From NCBI GenBank assembly GCA_963796055.1, contig CAWCKH010000004.1:1856001-1920000 (forward strand): a DNA stretch of 64,000 nt, written 5' to 3'. This DNA is from an uncultured delta proteobacterium (GTDB taxonomy: Bacteria > Myxococcota > Myxococcia > Myxococcales > Myxococcaceae). A program made the translations under genes and the position numbers. Positions 20,423 through 32,383 of this stretch are shown here, one piece after another; positions within the stretch are counted from its first letter, which is position 1; each line of letters opens with the position of its first letter. The notes under the pieces were generated by a model that did not search any database, was not told where the DNA came from, and saw only the letters and a program-made list of their open reading frames with translations.

Positions 20423-21055
20423 TCAGTTCTCCAGGGACGCGCGCTCGATCCGGTCCAACCGCAGGGTCCGGCGCTCGCCGCGCTCCAGGTCGTCGCAATG
20501 GACCATCGTCAGCGAGCGCTCCATCGTGAGCCCGCGCACGCGTATCCGTCGCTCGGTCACCGTTCCGTCGGAGGCCCGGTAACGGATCCGCGTCAGCCGC
20601 CGCTCGAACCAGGCGTCCTCCACCGCCTCGCGCACCCCCGGGGCCGCCGGGTGGGCCGGGATGCCCACGAAGCTCAGCTCGCGCATCAGCTCCAGCAGCT
20701 CGCGCTGGGCCGAGGCCGCCAGTGCCCCCCGGACCTTGTCGATGCCACCCTGCAAGGTCCGGGTGAAGGGCACCAGCCGCGCCCGGATCGCCCAGTCCCC
20801 GAGCGCAGAGAGCAGCGCCGCCTCGCGGGCAGTGAAGTTCACCGGGGGCAGGGTGTACGTCCGGTCCAGGGCGTAGCCACCGCCCCGGCCTCGCTCTGCC
20901 GAGATGGGCAGCTCGGCTTCACGCAGCGCGTCGAGGTCGCGGTAGATGGTCCGCAGCGTCACCCCGAAGCGGTCCGCCAGCTCGGCCGCCGTCACCCCCG
21001 TCCGACGGGCCCGGAGGTGCTCTGCCAGTGCGAACAGCCGTGCCTGCCGGCGCAT
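20423..21055 (-). CDS. YafY-like wHTH (HTH_11) + WYL transcriptional regulator
   Basis: TAAELADRFGVTLRTIYRDLDAL, GRGGGYAL, C-terminal RTLRLDRI. Confidence 0.88.
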   Translation of the reverse strand: MRRQARLFALAEHLRARRTGVTAAELADRFGVTLRTIYRDLDALREAELPISAERGRGGGYALDRTYTLPPVNFTAREAALLSALGDWAIRARLVPFTRTLQGGIDKVRGALAASAQRELLELMRELSFVGIPAHPAAPGVREAVEDAWFERRLTRIRYRASDGTVTERRIRVRGLTMERSLTMVHCDDLERGERRTLRLDRIERASLEN

Positions 21056-21063
21056 CCAACAAA

Positions 21064-21081
21064 CCTGACAGACACCTGACA
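21064..21081. promoter_or_regulatory. Direct repeat CCTGACA-N4-CCTGACA, candidate operator
   Basis: 7-bp repeat at 11-bp period between the divergent regulator and VOC gene. Confidence 0.45.
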
Positions 21082-21151
21082 CCGGCGCAATCCATCTTCC
21101 TGGCCGCACTCGCGATTTCCGCGGGGCAAACAGACAGCAACGGAGCAGGCC

Positions 21152-21523
21152 ATGGCCAACGCACTCACCTGGTTCGAGATCCCCACCGTCGACATGGACC
21201 GGGCGGTCCGCTTCTACGAGACCGTCCTCGGCGTCCACCTCAAGCGAGAGGTCTTCGGCGGCGTCCCGCACGCCCTCTTCCCGGCAGGGCAGAGCGACGC
21301 CGGTGGCGCCCTCATCCACGACGGGCGTCGCAAACCTTCCTCGGAGGGGACGCTCATCTACCTCGACGCCGCGGGAAAGCTCGACGCCTGCGTCGAGCGG
21401 CTCCGGGGCGCCGGCGGCACCCTCCTCATGCCCAAGACCGACATCGGCGACCCGGGCTTCATCGCCGTCTTCCGCGACTCGGAGGGCAACTCTGTCGCCC
21501 TCCACTCGCCGAGGAACGGCTGA
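21152..21523 (+). CDS. VOC/glyoxalase family protein
   Basis: WFEIPTVDMDRAVRFYETVLG, FRDSEGNSVALHS. Confidence 0.9.
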   Translation: MANALTWFEIPTVDMDRAVRFYETVLGVHLKREVFGGVPHALFPAGQSDAGGALIHDGRRKPSSEGTLIYLDAAGKLDACVERLRGAGGTLLMPKTDIGDPGFIAVFRDSEGNSVALHSPRNG

Positions 21524-21536
21524 GCGGGTGCGGCGC

Positions 21537-22109
21537 CTACCCGGCCCGGGCCCCGGTCACCCGGAGCGCGCAGCGGTAGCAGCGGTCGCGCCCCGCCCGC
21601 ATCCACCCCTCGCAGTCCGGGCAGCGGTGGAGCTGGTGCCGGTGCGCGTTGCGACACTGGGTGCAGATGAACAGCGCGCCCGCCGAGCCGAGCCGCATCC
21701 GCACCCCACCGGACAGCATCCGCGCCGGCCGCAGCCGCACCTGGTCCGCCTCCGATTTCCCGCAGCTCACGCAGCTGGGGAGCCGCTCGCTGCCGTCGCC
21801 TTCCGCCTCCGGGGGAATCGTCCCCGGCAGCGCCCGCATCGCGCACGCTGCGCAGAATGGAGAGCCGCGCGGCTTGAATCCGTGGCAGAGCACGTTCCCG
21901 CTCCGCCTCGGGCAGGCGTCGACCAGCGCGTCGGTCCGGAAGCCGAACGCCACCTCGAGCCGCAGGACCACGTCGTCGGGACCCTTCCCTTGCGCCATCC
22001 AGGCCGAGAGCTGCGTCTGCCGCGCCTCGAGCACCTTCGCCGCGCGGGCCTGCGTCACGCCGGCCAGACGCAGCGCCAGCCGCAGCTTGTGTCCTTCGTC
22101 GGTCGTCAA
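21537..22109 (-). CDS. Hypothetical protein: XRE-like HTH plus several CxxC zinc ribbons
   Basis: GAGG RBS before TTG; LRLAGVTQARAAKVLEARQTQLSAW; CAAC, CVSC, CTQC, CPDC, CYRC. Confidence 0.6.
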   Translation of the reverse strand: MTTDEGHKLRLALRLAGVTQARAAKVLEARQTQLSAWMAQGKGPDDVVLRLEVAFGFRTDALVDACPRRSGNVLCHGFKPRGSPFCAACAMRALPGTIPPEAEGDGSERLPSCVSCGKSEADQVRLRPARMLSGGVRMRLGSAGALFICTQCRNAHRHQLHRCPDCEGWMRAGRDRCYRCALRVTGARAG

Positions 22110-22415
22110 CGCGCCTCGCCCAGGGCAGGAGCAGCGGCTCCCACCCGGCCGGATCCCGGCCACAGAATGCCGCGGCGCACGCGTCAGGAAATGCGCCGTC
22201 GACACGAGTGTGAACCACTCGAAGCAGTGGATGTCGCGCAGCGGCCATCGCGCGCGCGACCGTCCACGCCACGACGACGGCCAGAACAACCAGCGTTCCC
22301 GGAATAACGAGACAGCAGCGCGAGACGCGGGCGTTCGCCCGACCGGCGCACGCCCCGAGGGACTCGAGTCCTCGGTGGTCGTCGGCGTCGGCGGAACCCG
22401 GCCCGAGCGCTTCCG

Positions 22416-24476
22416 CTACACGCCCCGCACACCCTGACGGGCGATGCCCCCGCGCACCCGCGCCTCCGGATCGAGCTCGGCGCGTGCGCGCGGGAGCACC
22501 ACCGTGAACAGCGAACCGGCCCCGGGCGCGCTCTCGACCGAGATGGTCCCCTCGAGCGCGGTGACGATCTGCCGGGTGATGTATAGCCCCAGCCCGAGCC
22601 CCGGGTAGTGCCGCCCCGAGTGGCCGCGCTCGAAGCGGGCGAAGATTCGCCCCAGCACCGAGGACTCCATCCCGATGCCCCCGTCACGCACCGAGAGCAC
22701 CACCTGACCGGGGTCGCGCTCCTCGAGCCGCAGCCGCACCGGCTTCCCACCGCCGTACTTCAGCGCGTTGCTCAGGAGGTTGGTGACGACCTGCTCCAGC
22801 CGCATCCGGTCCCACACGCCGGTACAACGCTCCGGCGCATCCACCTCGAGGGTGGAGCCCATCTCGGCGGCCACCGCGGAGTGCCGGGTGACCGCGTCTC
22901 GCACCACCTCGGCCAGATCCACCACCTCCAGCTGGAGCTGCAGCCTTCCCGCGCGGATGCGGGTCACGTCCAGCAGGTGGTCGACCAGGTTGGTGAGCCG
23001 CTGCACGTGTCGCGCGGCGATGCCCACGTCGGTGCTGACCTGGGCAGCGGGGAGCGTTCCTTGCCCGGCCTGCTCGGCCACCCGTCGCATGATGCCCAGC
23101 TTGAGGTTCAGGGGCGTCAGCGGGGTCCGCAGCTCATGGCTGGCGACGGAGAGGAACTCGTCCCGGAGCCGGATCGCCTCCCGGGCCTCCTCATAGAGCC
23201 GGGCGTTGTCCGCGGCCAGCGCCACGCGGCGGGACAGCTCGACCGCGAGCTCCTCGGAGAAGAGCCGCGGATCGGAGCCCCGGAGCTGGCCCAGGCTCAG
23301 CACCCCGAACACCTCGCCGCGGCGGATCAGAGGAACCGAGACCCAGCGGTCCAGCCCCAGACCGCCGGATCCATCGCCCCCCGCGCGCTCGAGCCGGGAC
23401 ACCAGCGTCTCGCTGGCGAGCACCTCCGGGATGCCGAGCCGGTCCAGCTGCTCCAGGCCGGACGCTTCGAGGAGTTCCGGAAGCGGAGACACCGCCGCCA
23501 GCTCGCGCACCGGCCCGTCCTCGCTGCGCAGGTGAACCGCGCACAGGTCGGCCGCGGTCGGCACCGCCAGCGCACAGACCCTGGAGAGGACCCCGCGGAG
23601 GTCCAGCGACGCCCCGAGCACGCTGCTGGCCTCGGAGAGGAACCGCGCCCGCTCCTCCCTCCGGCGCTGGTCGTCGACGTCGGTCGCGGTGCCCACCCAT
23701 CCCACCAGACGCCCCTGCGCATCGCGAGAGGGGACGGCCCGGCCCACATGCCAGCGATAGGCCCCGGTGAGCGAGCGCAGACGGTACGTCGCCTGGAACA
23801 CCGTCTCCTTCACCCAGGCCCGGTCGGCGGTGGCCCGGACCAGCGGGCGGTCCTCGGGGTGGACGATGTCCTCCCAGCGCCCGATCGCCTCCGGCGGGAC
23901 GCCCACGTAGTCCATCCACGCGCGGTTCGCGTACAGGACCTTGCCGCTCGTGTCCGCGGTCCAGACGATCTGCGGGACCGCCTCGGCCAGCGAGTGGTAG
24001 CGGGCCTCGCTCTCCCGGCGCTGGGCCTCGAGGGCGTGCTCGCGGAGCAGCGCCTCCTGACGCTGCACGGTCCGCCGGGCCTCGAACAGCGAGACGAAGA
24101 CCGACACCTTGGAGCGGAGAATCGCCGGGTCGAACGGCTTCACCAGGTAGTCGACCGCGCCCTCGGCGTAGCCGCGGAGGCTGGCCCCCGGATCGTGCGA
24201 GTTGGCGGTGAGGAAGATGATCGGCGTGCGCTCTCCGCCGCGCCGGCTCCTCAGCAGCCGTGCGGTCTCGAACCCGTCGAGACCAGGCATCTGCACGTCG
24301 AGGATGACGACTGCGAACTCCTGCTCCTCGGCGAGCGCCAGCGCGCGGGTTCCGGAGCTGGCCTGGATCAGCCGAAGGCCGAGCCGCTCCAGCACCGCGC
24401 TGAGCGCCAGCAGGTTGTCCGGGTTGTCGTCGACGAGGAGCACGCTCGTCGCCGAGGCCGTGGAGTCCGGGGCCAC
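22416..24476 (-). CDS. Hybrid sensor histidine kinase (REC-PAS-GAF-HisKA-HATPase)
   Basis: LLVDDNP, ILDVQMP, KPFD; PAS/PAC; SHELRTPL; NLLSNALKY, DGGIG, GLGLGL. Confidence 0.95.
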   Translation of the reverse strand: MAPDSTASATSVLLVDDNPDNLLALSAVLERLGLRLIQASSGTRALALAEEQEFAVVILDVQMPGLDGFETARLLRSRRGGERTPIIFLTANSHDPGASLRGYAEGAVDYLVKPFDPAILRSKVSVFVSLFEARRTVQRQEALLREHALEAQRRESEARYHSLAEAVPQIVWTADTSGKVLYANRAWMDYVGVPPEAIGRWEDIVHPEDRPLVRATADRAWVKETVFQATYRLRSLTGAYRWHVGRAVPSRDAQGRLVGWVGTATDVDDQRRREERARFLSEASSVLGASLDLRGVLSRVCALAVPTAADLCAVHLRSEDGPVRELAAVSPLPELLEASGLEQLDRLGIPEVLASETLVSRLERAGGDGSGGLGLDRWVSVPLIRRGEVFGVLSLGQLRGSDPRLFSEELAVELSRRVALAADNARLYEEAREAIRLRDEFLSVASHELRTPLTPLNLKLGIMRRVAEQAGQGTLPAAQVSTDVGIAARHVQRLTNLVDHLLDVTRIRAGRLQLQLEVVDLAEVVRDAVTRHSAVAAEMGSTLEVDAPERCTGVWDRMRLEQVVTNLLSNALKYGGGKPVRLRLEERDPGQVVLSVRDGGIGMESSVLGRIFARFERGHSGRHYPGLGLGLYITRQIVTALEGTISVESAPGAGSLFTVVLPRARAELDPEARVRGGIARQGVRGV

Positions 24477-24707
24477 GAGGTGGATCTTGTACCAGTCCGG
24501 TCAGGGTGCGGTTGCGAGCCGCGGACCGGCGCTGGCCCGCGCACACGCGCAGTGTTGAGCTTCCATCACCGCTCGATCGAGGCCCGCGACTTCCGCACCG
24601 TGGAGAACTCCTCCCACCCAGCCCGCGCGGAGGCGGGCCTGACGGGAGGGTACCGGCCGCCCCAGTGCGACCGAGGTGCGGCGCATGCATGATCGGGCGA
24701 TCCCCCG

Positions 24708-26198
24708 ATGGAGCAGGCGCAGCGGCGAGTGGACGTGGCGATGGAGACGCCCTGCGTGGGCTGTGGAGCCGCGCTCTCCGCGTCGCGTTGCCCGCAGTGC
24801 GGCGCGGCGCAGGCGCCCGGGGGGTACGTGGTGGAGCGGGTCCTGGCGGAGGGTCCGCACTCCCGGGTGTACCTGGCACATGACGCCGCAGGGCGTGCGG
24901 TGGCGCTCAAGGAGCTGCAGTTCTCCACGGTCCCTTCCGTCCAGGAGCTGGACGCGTTCGAGCGCGAGGTGGGAGCGCTCCGGTCCCTCCACCATCCGGC
25001 GATCCCTGCGTTCGCGGGGAGCTTCCGCGAGGGGACGGGCGTCGGGCTCCGGCTCTACCTGGCATCGGAGCACGTCGCCGGAGAGACACTCGCCTCGCGG
25101 ATCGCTTGAGGGCCGCTGGGGGCCGAGGAGGTACGGAGCGTGGCCGCGCAGCTCCTGGAGGTGCTCGCGTTCCTCCAGCGTCGCTCGCCGCCGGTGCTGC
25201 ACCGTGACCTCAAGCCAGCCAACGTGCTGTTGCGGCCCGACGGGAGCGTGGCGCTGGTGGACTTCGGAAGCGTTCGGACCCTCTCCGCCGACCGAACCCA
25301 CGGGTCCACCCTGGTCGGGACCTTCGGATACATGCCGCCCGAGCAGCTCGGGGGGACGGTGGACCGGACCTCGGACCTCTACGCGCTGGGGGCCACCTTG
25401 CTGCACGCGCTCACCGGGAAGCCGCCCGTGGAGTGGCTGGGCAAGGGCCTGGAGATCCAGGTTCCGTCCGACCTTCCTGCGCCGTTCGATGGACTGCTCC
25501 CCGCGCTCCTCGAGGTGGAACCGGCGCGGCGCCCGCGCGATACGGAGGCAGCCCGCGCGCTGCTCGAGGGCCGGACACGGGCACCTGCACGCCGCCCGCG
25601 CTTGCTCCTGAGCGGGGCGGTGGGGCTGGTCGGGGCAGCGGTGGTGGTGGGTGCCCTGTGGCTGGCCAGTGTCTCTCCGGGCCCGGTGCGGGTCGAGCCG
25701 AGCACGCCCCGGGCCGCCCCGACCGGCCGTGCCTGGCTCATGCGCATGCGGGGGCGCTGCAACGCGGTGGAGGCGGTGCTGCGGGAGCCGCCCCCGGCCG
25801 GCGCCGAGGGCGCGGGCGCCGGTGCGGCCTGCCTGGCGCTGGGCGGGAAGATGGAGGCGGCACGCAAGCTCATCGTCGCGCTCCCGCCCGGCGAGCGGGC
25901 CCAGGCCGCGGCGGTGGTCTTCGACGCGGGGCACCCGGTGGCGGACATGGGGGACGACGTCTCGGCAGCACCCATCATGCAGCTGGTGCTCGAGTTCTGG
26001 CCGGACAACTTCCAGGCGCTCTACCACGCGGGAATGTCCGAGTACGCGCTGGGCCGCCCCTCCCAGGCCGGCCCTCTGCTCGAGCGCTTCCTCGCGCTGT
26101 ACCACCTGGACGACGGCTTCACCCGCGCGGCGCGCCGGGCACTCCAGGGCATCCAGTACGGCCTCCCGGCGGAGATGGCCCCTCAGCCGGAGCACTGA
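24708..26198 (+). pseudogene. Membrane-anchored Ser/Thr kinase with N-terminal zinc ribbon, interrupted by an in-frame TGA at 25107..25109
   Basis: ORFs 24708..25109 and 25140..26198 are in the same frame: VALKEL, LHHPAIP | HRDLKPAN, DFG, GTFGYMPPEQ, TM helix, TPR-like tail. Confidence 0.85.
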
Positions 26199-26241
26199 TC
26201 GCTCGACCGTCCCGGCCGCGGGACCCACCGTCTCGACAGAG

Positions 26242-26260
26242 GGAAGTGTCAGACACCTCC
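26242..26260. repeat. REP-like palindrome GGAAGTGTC-A-GACACCTCC
   Basis: 9-bp arms with 1 mismatch; core TGTCAGACA equals the IS TSD; between convergent genes. Confidence 0.75.
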
Positions 26261-26329
26261 GCTAGATGGTCTCCCGGCCCTCCGGAGTCGCTCCGTCCTC
26301 GCCTCGGCTCGCGATGTGCAACTGCGAGG

Positions 26330-27250
26330 TCACTTGGCCCGGAGGGCCGCCGCAAGCAGCGGGACCACCGAGCGGACCTCGACGAAGCCGCCGGCCAGCG
26401 CGCGTGCACGCGGATGCGTGTCGGTCACGATGAGGCGGGTGAACAGCCCGCTCTTCTCGAGCACCGGCACCGCGTCCTCGGCGAGGACGCCGTGCGTGGC
26501 GAGCGCGGTGATCCGGCTGGCGCCGGCCTCCCGGTAGGCTTCCCCTGCGGCGATCAGCGAGCCCCCGGTGCGGACCATGTCGTCGTAGAGCATCACGTGC
26601 TGCCCGGCGACCCGGGCGCTCACCGCGAGCACCCGCGTCCCACCGGCGTCGCGGCGCTTGAAGACGAAGCTCGCGTCCACCCGGAGGTCGTTGGCCAGCC
26701 CCTCGACGTACTTCGCCCGGCCGGCGTCGGTACACGCCACCACGCAGCCACCCGGCGCATGCTCCCGGATCGCCTCGACGAAGAGCGGCCGCGCGGTCAC
26801 GTGGACCGGCCGCACCCCTCCCTCGAAGTAATAGGGCAGCCCGGCGGTGTGCAGGTCCACCAGCAGCACCCGGATTCCACCCCAGGGCAGCGGGATGGAC
26901 GACAGCAACCTGGCCCGGGTCTTCGCGGTGACGCTCTCGCCTTCCTTGCTCGGACGCTCCTGCGTCGAGTATCCGAAATAGGGGACGACCAGGGTCAGGG
27001 CGTGCAGCCCGGACTCGACCAGCGCGCAGGCGAGATCGTACAGCTCGAGCGTATCGGCGTCGGTCCCCGTCCCGCCGACGAGGGTCGCGTCGGCGTCCGC
27101 CACCGGGCTCGCCAGCCGGAGCCCCCGCTCGCCGTCAGGAAACGTCTCCCGCTCGATCTGCCCGGGCACGCCCACGCCCAGCGCACAGAGCGCCCCGGCG
27201 AGCGCGGCATCGGTCGCGGTCGAGAAGACCAGCCTCGCTCGCTCGCCCAC
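26330..27250 (-). CDS. prs: Ribose-phosphate pyrophosphokinase family protein
   Basis: FPDGE, PYFGYSTQER, VDLH, DAG, KRR, DDMVRTGGSL, ATHG. Confidence 0.88.
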   Translation of the reverse strand: MGERARLVFSTATDAALAGALCALGVGVPGQIERETFPDGERGLRLASPVADADATLVGGTGTDADTLELYDLACALVESGLHALTLVVPYFGYSTQERPSKEGESVTAKTRARLLSSIPLPWGGIRVLLVDLHTAGLPYYFEGGVRPVHVTARPLFVEAIREHAPGGCVVACTDAGRAKYVEGLANDLRVDASFVFKRRDAGGTRVLAVSARVAGQHVMLYDDMVRTGGSLIAAGEAYREAGASRITALATHGVLAEDAVPVLEKSGLFTRLIVTDTHPRARALAGGFVEVRSVVPLLAAALRAK

Positions 27251-27253
27251 GGG

Positions 27254-28278
27254 CTACCCTGCCCAGTCGAGGATGACCTTGCCGCTCTGCCCCGAGCGCA
27301 TCGCCTCGAAGGCCTCGGCGTACTGGGCCGCGGGGAAGCGGTGGGTGACGACCGGAGCGACGTCGAGGCCGCTCTGGAGCATCGCCACCATCTTGTACCA
27401 GGTCTCGAACATCTCCCGGCCGTACACGCCCTTGAGCACCAGGCCCTTGAAGATGACCTGGTTCCAGTCGATCGAGACCTCCGCCGGGGGAATACCGAGG
27501 ATCGCCACCCGGCCGCCGTGGTTCATCACCCCCAGGAGGTCCCGGAACGCCTGAGCGTTTCCGGACATCTCCATCCCCACGTCGAAGCCCTCGGTCATCC
27601 CCAGGCTCCGCATCACGTCGCCCAGGGTCTGGGTGCGCACGTCCACCGCCCGGGTCGCCCCCAGCTTCCGCGCCAGCTCCAGCCGGAAGGGGTTCACGTC
27701 GGTCACCACCACGTGACGGGCGCCCACGTGCCGGGAGATCGCCGCGGCCATCACCCCAATCGGTCCGGCCCCGGTGATGAGCACGTCCTCGCCCACCAGA
27801 TCGAACGAGAGCGCGGTGTGCACCGCGTTGCCCAGCGGATCGAAGAAGGAGGCAATCTCGTCGGGGATCTCCTGGGGCACCCGGAAGACGTTGAACGCGG
27901 GGAGCGACACGAACTCGGCGAAGCAGCCGGGCCGGTTCACCCCCAGCCCCAGCGTGTTCCGGCAGAGGTGCCGCTTCCCGGCGCGGCAGTTGCGGCAATG
28001 CCCGCACGTGATGTGCCCCTCCCCGCTCACCCGGTCGCCGACCTGGAACCCGGTCACCTCGGCCCCGAGCCGGGCGATCTCGCCCATGAACTCGTGGCCG
28101 ATCACCATCGGCACCTTGATGGTCCTCTGCGACCAGGCGTCCCAGTTCCAGATGTGGATGTCGGTGCCGCAGATGCTGGCCTGGCGGACCTTGATCAGCA
28201 CGTCGTTGGGGCCGATCTCCGGCACCGGCACGTCCTGCATCCAGATGCCGGGCTCGGCCTTGGCCTTCACCAGCGCCC

Positions 28279-28282
<4 letters not shown>
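27254..28282 (-). CDS. tdh: L-threonine 3-dehydrogenase
   Basis: [48 protein letters not shown]. Confidence 0.97.
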
Positions 28283-29469
<1,187 letters not shown>

Positions 29470-29715
29470 GGTGCGTGCTCTCTACACGGTTGGCCCCGGC
29501 CCGGCCACCGTCGTCCAGTGGCAACTGGCGCGTGGCGTCAGCGCTCCCAGGCGCCTGGGCGCTGGTCATTCCCGCCGCCCGCATGCAACCTCCGCATGGG
29601 AGGAGACGTGTGGCGAGCTGCGCTTCACGCTGGCGTGAGCGCATCGCCGGTGGAACGATGACCCCGCGCAGGACGGGAGCGGTGAGGGGACCCGTCCAGG
29701 AAGGGGAGGACGGTC

Positions 29716-29916
29716 ATGGAGGAGCGTCTCGTCGAGCTCGAGCTGCGGTTCACCGAGCAGCAGCAGCTTCTTCAAGAGCTGAGCGACGTGGTCTACGCCC
29801 AGGGCCAGAGCCTCGAACGGCTGGAGCACGAGCTGGCCGCCATGGGGCAGAAGCTCGCCGCCATGGAACCGGGGCTGGTGGACGCCACCGTCGCGGAACG
29901 GCCGCCGCACTTCTGA
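29716..29916 (+). CDS. slyX: SlyX family protein
   Basis: EERLVELELRFTEQ coiled coil, terminal ERPPHF, GGAGGA RBS. Confidence 0.88.
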   Translation: MEERLVELELRFTEQQQLLQELSDVVYAQGQSLERLEHELAAMGQKLAAMEPGLVDATVAERPPHF

Positions 29917-29944
29917 GCCCCGACCTCCCCCCGGGGCGGACGGT

Positions 29945-30391
29945 CTATCCAACCCGCGTGTTGATCTGGATCTTGCTCCTCAGGGTCTGATGCACCGGAC
30001 AGCGCTCGGCGATCTCCAGGAGCTTCGCCCGCTGCTCCTCGTTCAGCGCGCCCTCGAGGAACAGCACCCGGTCGACCACGTCCATCTTCGCCGCCTTGGT
30101 GTCGCAGTCGGCACAGTCCTGGGCGTGCACCTTCCGGTGCTGGAGCGTGACCCGCGCGCGCTCCAGAGGCCACTTTCGCTTGTCGGCGTAGATGCGGAGG
30201 GTCATCGCGGTGCACGCACCGAGGGCCGCGAGCAGCATCTCGTAGGGCGATGGACCCTCATCGGCGCCGCCCACCGGGATGGGCTCGTCGAGCACGAGGT
30301 GGTGACCGCCGACGTCGACCTCGATGCGGAACCCCGTGGCCGGCCCCGACACCACCACGCTCCGCGGCTCCTGACTCGGCAGCTCACCCAT
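29945..30391 (-). CDS. OsmC family protein
   Basis: DEPIPVGG, GPSPYEMLLAALGACTAMT, AERCPVHQTL. Confidence 0.92.
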   Translation of the reverse strand: MGELPSQEPRSVVVSGPATGFRIEVDVGGHHLVLDEPIPVGGADEGPSPYEMLLAALGACTAMTLRIYADKRKWPLERARVTLQHRKVHAQDCADCDTKAAKMDVVDRVLFLEGALNEEQRAKLLEIAERCPVHQTLRSKIQINTRVG

Positions 30392-30532
30392 CTCGATGAC
30401 CTCCGTCGCCCGGGGAGGCTAGCAGGTACGAGAGCATCCGGACGCACCCGAGCCGATCTCGTGGGCCGGGGAGGAGGACCGGTCGTCGGTCGATCCGTGC
30501 GGACGCTCGGCCAGGCGCGCGTCGCGTGCGGG

Positions 30533-32383
30533 TCAGGACCGGGAGACGACCCGCGGCACCGCCTGCGCCGCCTCGGCCCGCGCCTCGTCGAAGAGCGGCT
30601 TCAGCTCGGCGTCGGTGAGGGTCTCCGTCTCCAGCAGCAGCCGCGCGGCCTTCTCCAATGTCACCCGTCGCTGGGCGAGGAGGGTGCGGCACCGCTCGGA
30701 GGCGTTCTGGACGATCTCCCGGACGGCGAGGTCGATCTCCCGCGCGGTCTCCTCGCTGAACGTCCGGCGGCTGAGCCCCTGAGGCCCGAGGTAGGCCTGG
30801 CTGTCGTTGTCGTACGTTACCGGGCCGAGGCCGGGCACCATCGCGTACCGGGTGGCCATGCTCCGCGCGATGTCGGTCGCCTTCGCCAGGTCGTCGGCGG
30901 CCCCGGTCGAGGTGTGCTCGAACACCAGGAGCTCCGCGGACCGGCCCCCGAGGAGCACCACCAGCTTGCCCTCCAGCTCTTCGCGGGTCATGAGGTAGCG
31001 GTCCTCGGTGGGCCGCTGGAGCGTGTAGCCCAGGGCCCCGATGCCCCGGGGGATGATGCTGACCTTGTGCACCGGGTCGACTCCGGTGGTCGCCGCGGCG
31101 GCGAGCGCGTGCCCCATCTCGTGGAAGGCCACGATCTCCCGCTCGCGGGGGTTGAGGAGCCGGTTCTTCTTCTCCAGGCCGGCCACGATCCGCTCGATGG
31201 CAGCGTCGAAATCCTCCCGCTCCACCGCCTGGGCCTTGCGCCGGGTGGCGTTGAGCGCTGCCTCGTTGACCAGGTTGGCCAGGTCGGCACCGGTGAAGCC
31301 CGGGGTGAGGGCGGCGATCTGGTCCGGATCCACGCTGGCCCCGATCTTCACCTTCGCCATGTGGACCTTGAGGATCGCCACCCGGCCCACCCGGTCGGGA
31401 CGATCCACCAGCACCTGGCGGTCGAACCGGCCGGCGCGGAGCAGGGCGGGGTCGAGGATCTCCGGGCGGTTGGTCGCGCCGATCAGCACGATGCCCGCGC
31501 TCTGGTCGAATCCGTCCAGCTCGACCAGGAGCTGGTTCAAGGTCTGCTCCTTCTCGTCGTGCCCGCCGACCAGGCCCGATGCCCCGCGGGCCCGGCCGAG
31601 GGCGTCCAGCTCGTCGATGAAGATGATGCACGGCGCCTTGGCGCGCGCCTGCTCGAAGAGGTCCCGGACCCGGGCCGCGCCCACGCCGACGAACATCTCC
31701 ACGAACTCGCTGCCGCTGATGGAAAAGAACGGCACCTCGGCCTCACCCGCCACCGCGCGGGCGAGCAGCGTCTTGCCCGTCCCCGGCGGCCCGACGAGCA
31801 GCACGCCCTTCGGCATCCGCCCCCCGAGGCGCGAGTATTCCTCGGGGTTCTTCAGGAACTCGACCACCTCGGCCAGCTCGGCCTTCGCCTCGTCCACCCC
31901 CGCCACGTCGCTGAAGCGGGTCTTGACGTCGGTCTCGACGAAGACCTTGGCCTTGCTCTTCCCGATGGCCAGCAGCCCCCCGCCGCCCGCGCCCATCCGG
32001 CTGGCCATCCGACGCATGAACAGGACGTAGATGCCGAAGAAGATGAGGGTGGGCACCACCCACCCGAGCAGCGCCGCCACCCACGGGCTCTCGACGTCCC
32101 CGGTGAACTTCACGTGGGCCTTCTCCAGCGCGTCGGCGATGTCCTTGTCCACCCGCAGGGTCCGGAAGTGCGTCTTCCCCTTGTCGATCGGCTCCTTGAG
32201 CGTCCCCTCGAGCTGGTTCTCGCCGACCCGCACCTCGGCGACCTTCCCCTGCTCCAGCAGCTGGTGGAACTCGCTGTAGGGGATGACCGCCACCGTCTGG
32301 GTGGTGCGCACCCAGTTCTGGATGGCCAGCACCGCCAGCACCGCGATCAGCGCGTAGCCGATGTTGAATCGGGTCTTGTTCAC
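30533..32383 (-). CDS. ftsH: ATP-dependent zinc metalloprotease FtsH
   Basis: Two TM helices, [42 protein letters not shown] overlap with terC. Confidence 0.96.
   Translation of the reverse strand: MNKTRFNIGYALIAVLAVLAIQNWVRTTQTVAVIPYSEFHQLLEQGKVAEVRVGENQLEGTLKEPIDKGKTHFRTLRVDKDIADALEKAHVKFTGDVESPWVAALLGWVVPTLIFFGIYVLFMRRMASRMGAGGGGLLAIGKSKAKVFVETDVKTRFSDVAGVDEAKAELAEVVEFLKNPEEYSRLGGRMPKGVLLVGPPGTGKTLLARAVAGEAEVPFFSISGSEFVEMFVGVGAARVRDLFEQARAKAPCIIFIDELDALGRARGASGLVGGHDEKEQTLNQLLVELDGFDQSAGIVLIGATNRPEILDPALLRAGRFDRQVLVDRPDRVGRVAILKVHMAKVKIGASVDPDQIAALTPGFTGADLANLVNEAALNATRRKAQAVEREDFDAAIERIVAGLEKKNRLLNPREREIVAFHEMGHALAAAATTGVDPVHKVSIIPRGIGALGYTLQRPTEDRYLMTREELEGKLVVLLGGRSAELLVFEHTSTGAADDLAKATDIARSMATRYAMVPGLGPVTYDNDSQAYLGPQGLSRRTFSEETAREIDLAVREIVQNASERCRTLLAQRRVTLEKAARLLLETETLTDAELKPLFDEARAEAAQAVPRVVSRS

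Noticed and set aside
25107..25160. Selenocysteine at the kinase TGA
   Set aside because: Not a Cys/redox position and no convincing SECIS hairpin
2791..26260. Palindrome copies as CRISPR repeats or attC sites
   Set aside because: Kilobases apart, with no spacer periodicity, no cas or integrase genes and no GTTRRRY ends
29510..29565. ZTP riboswitch (ACTGGCG ... CGCCTGGGC)
   Set aside because: Lacks the GGTGG/CCACC stem and GGGGAGC core, and points away from kbl
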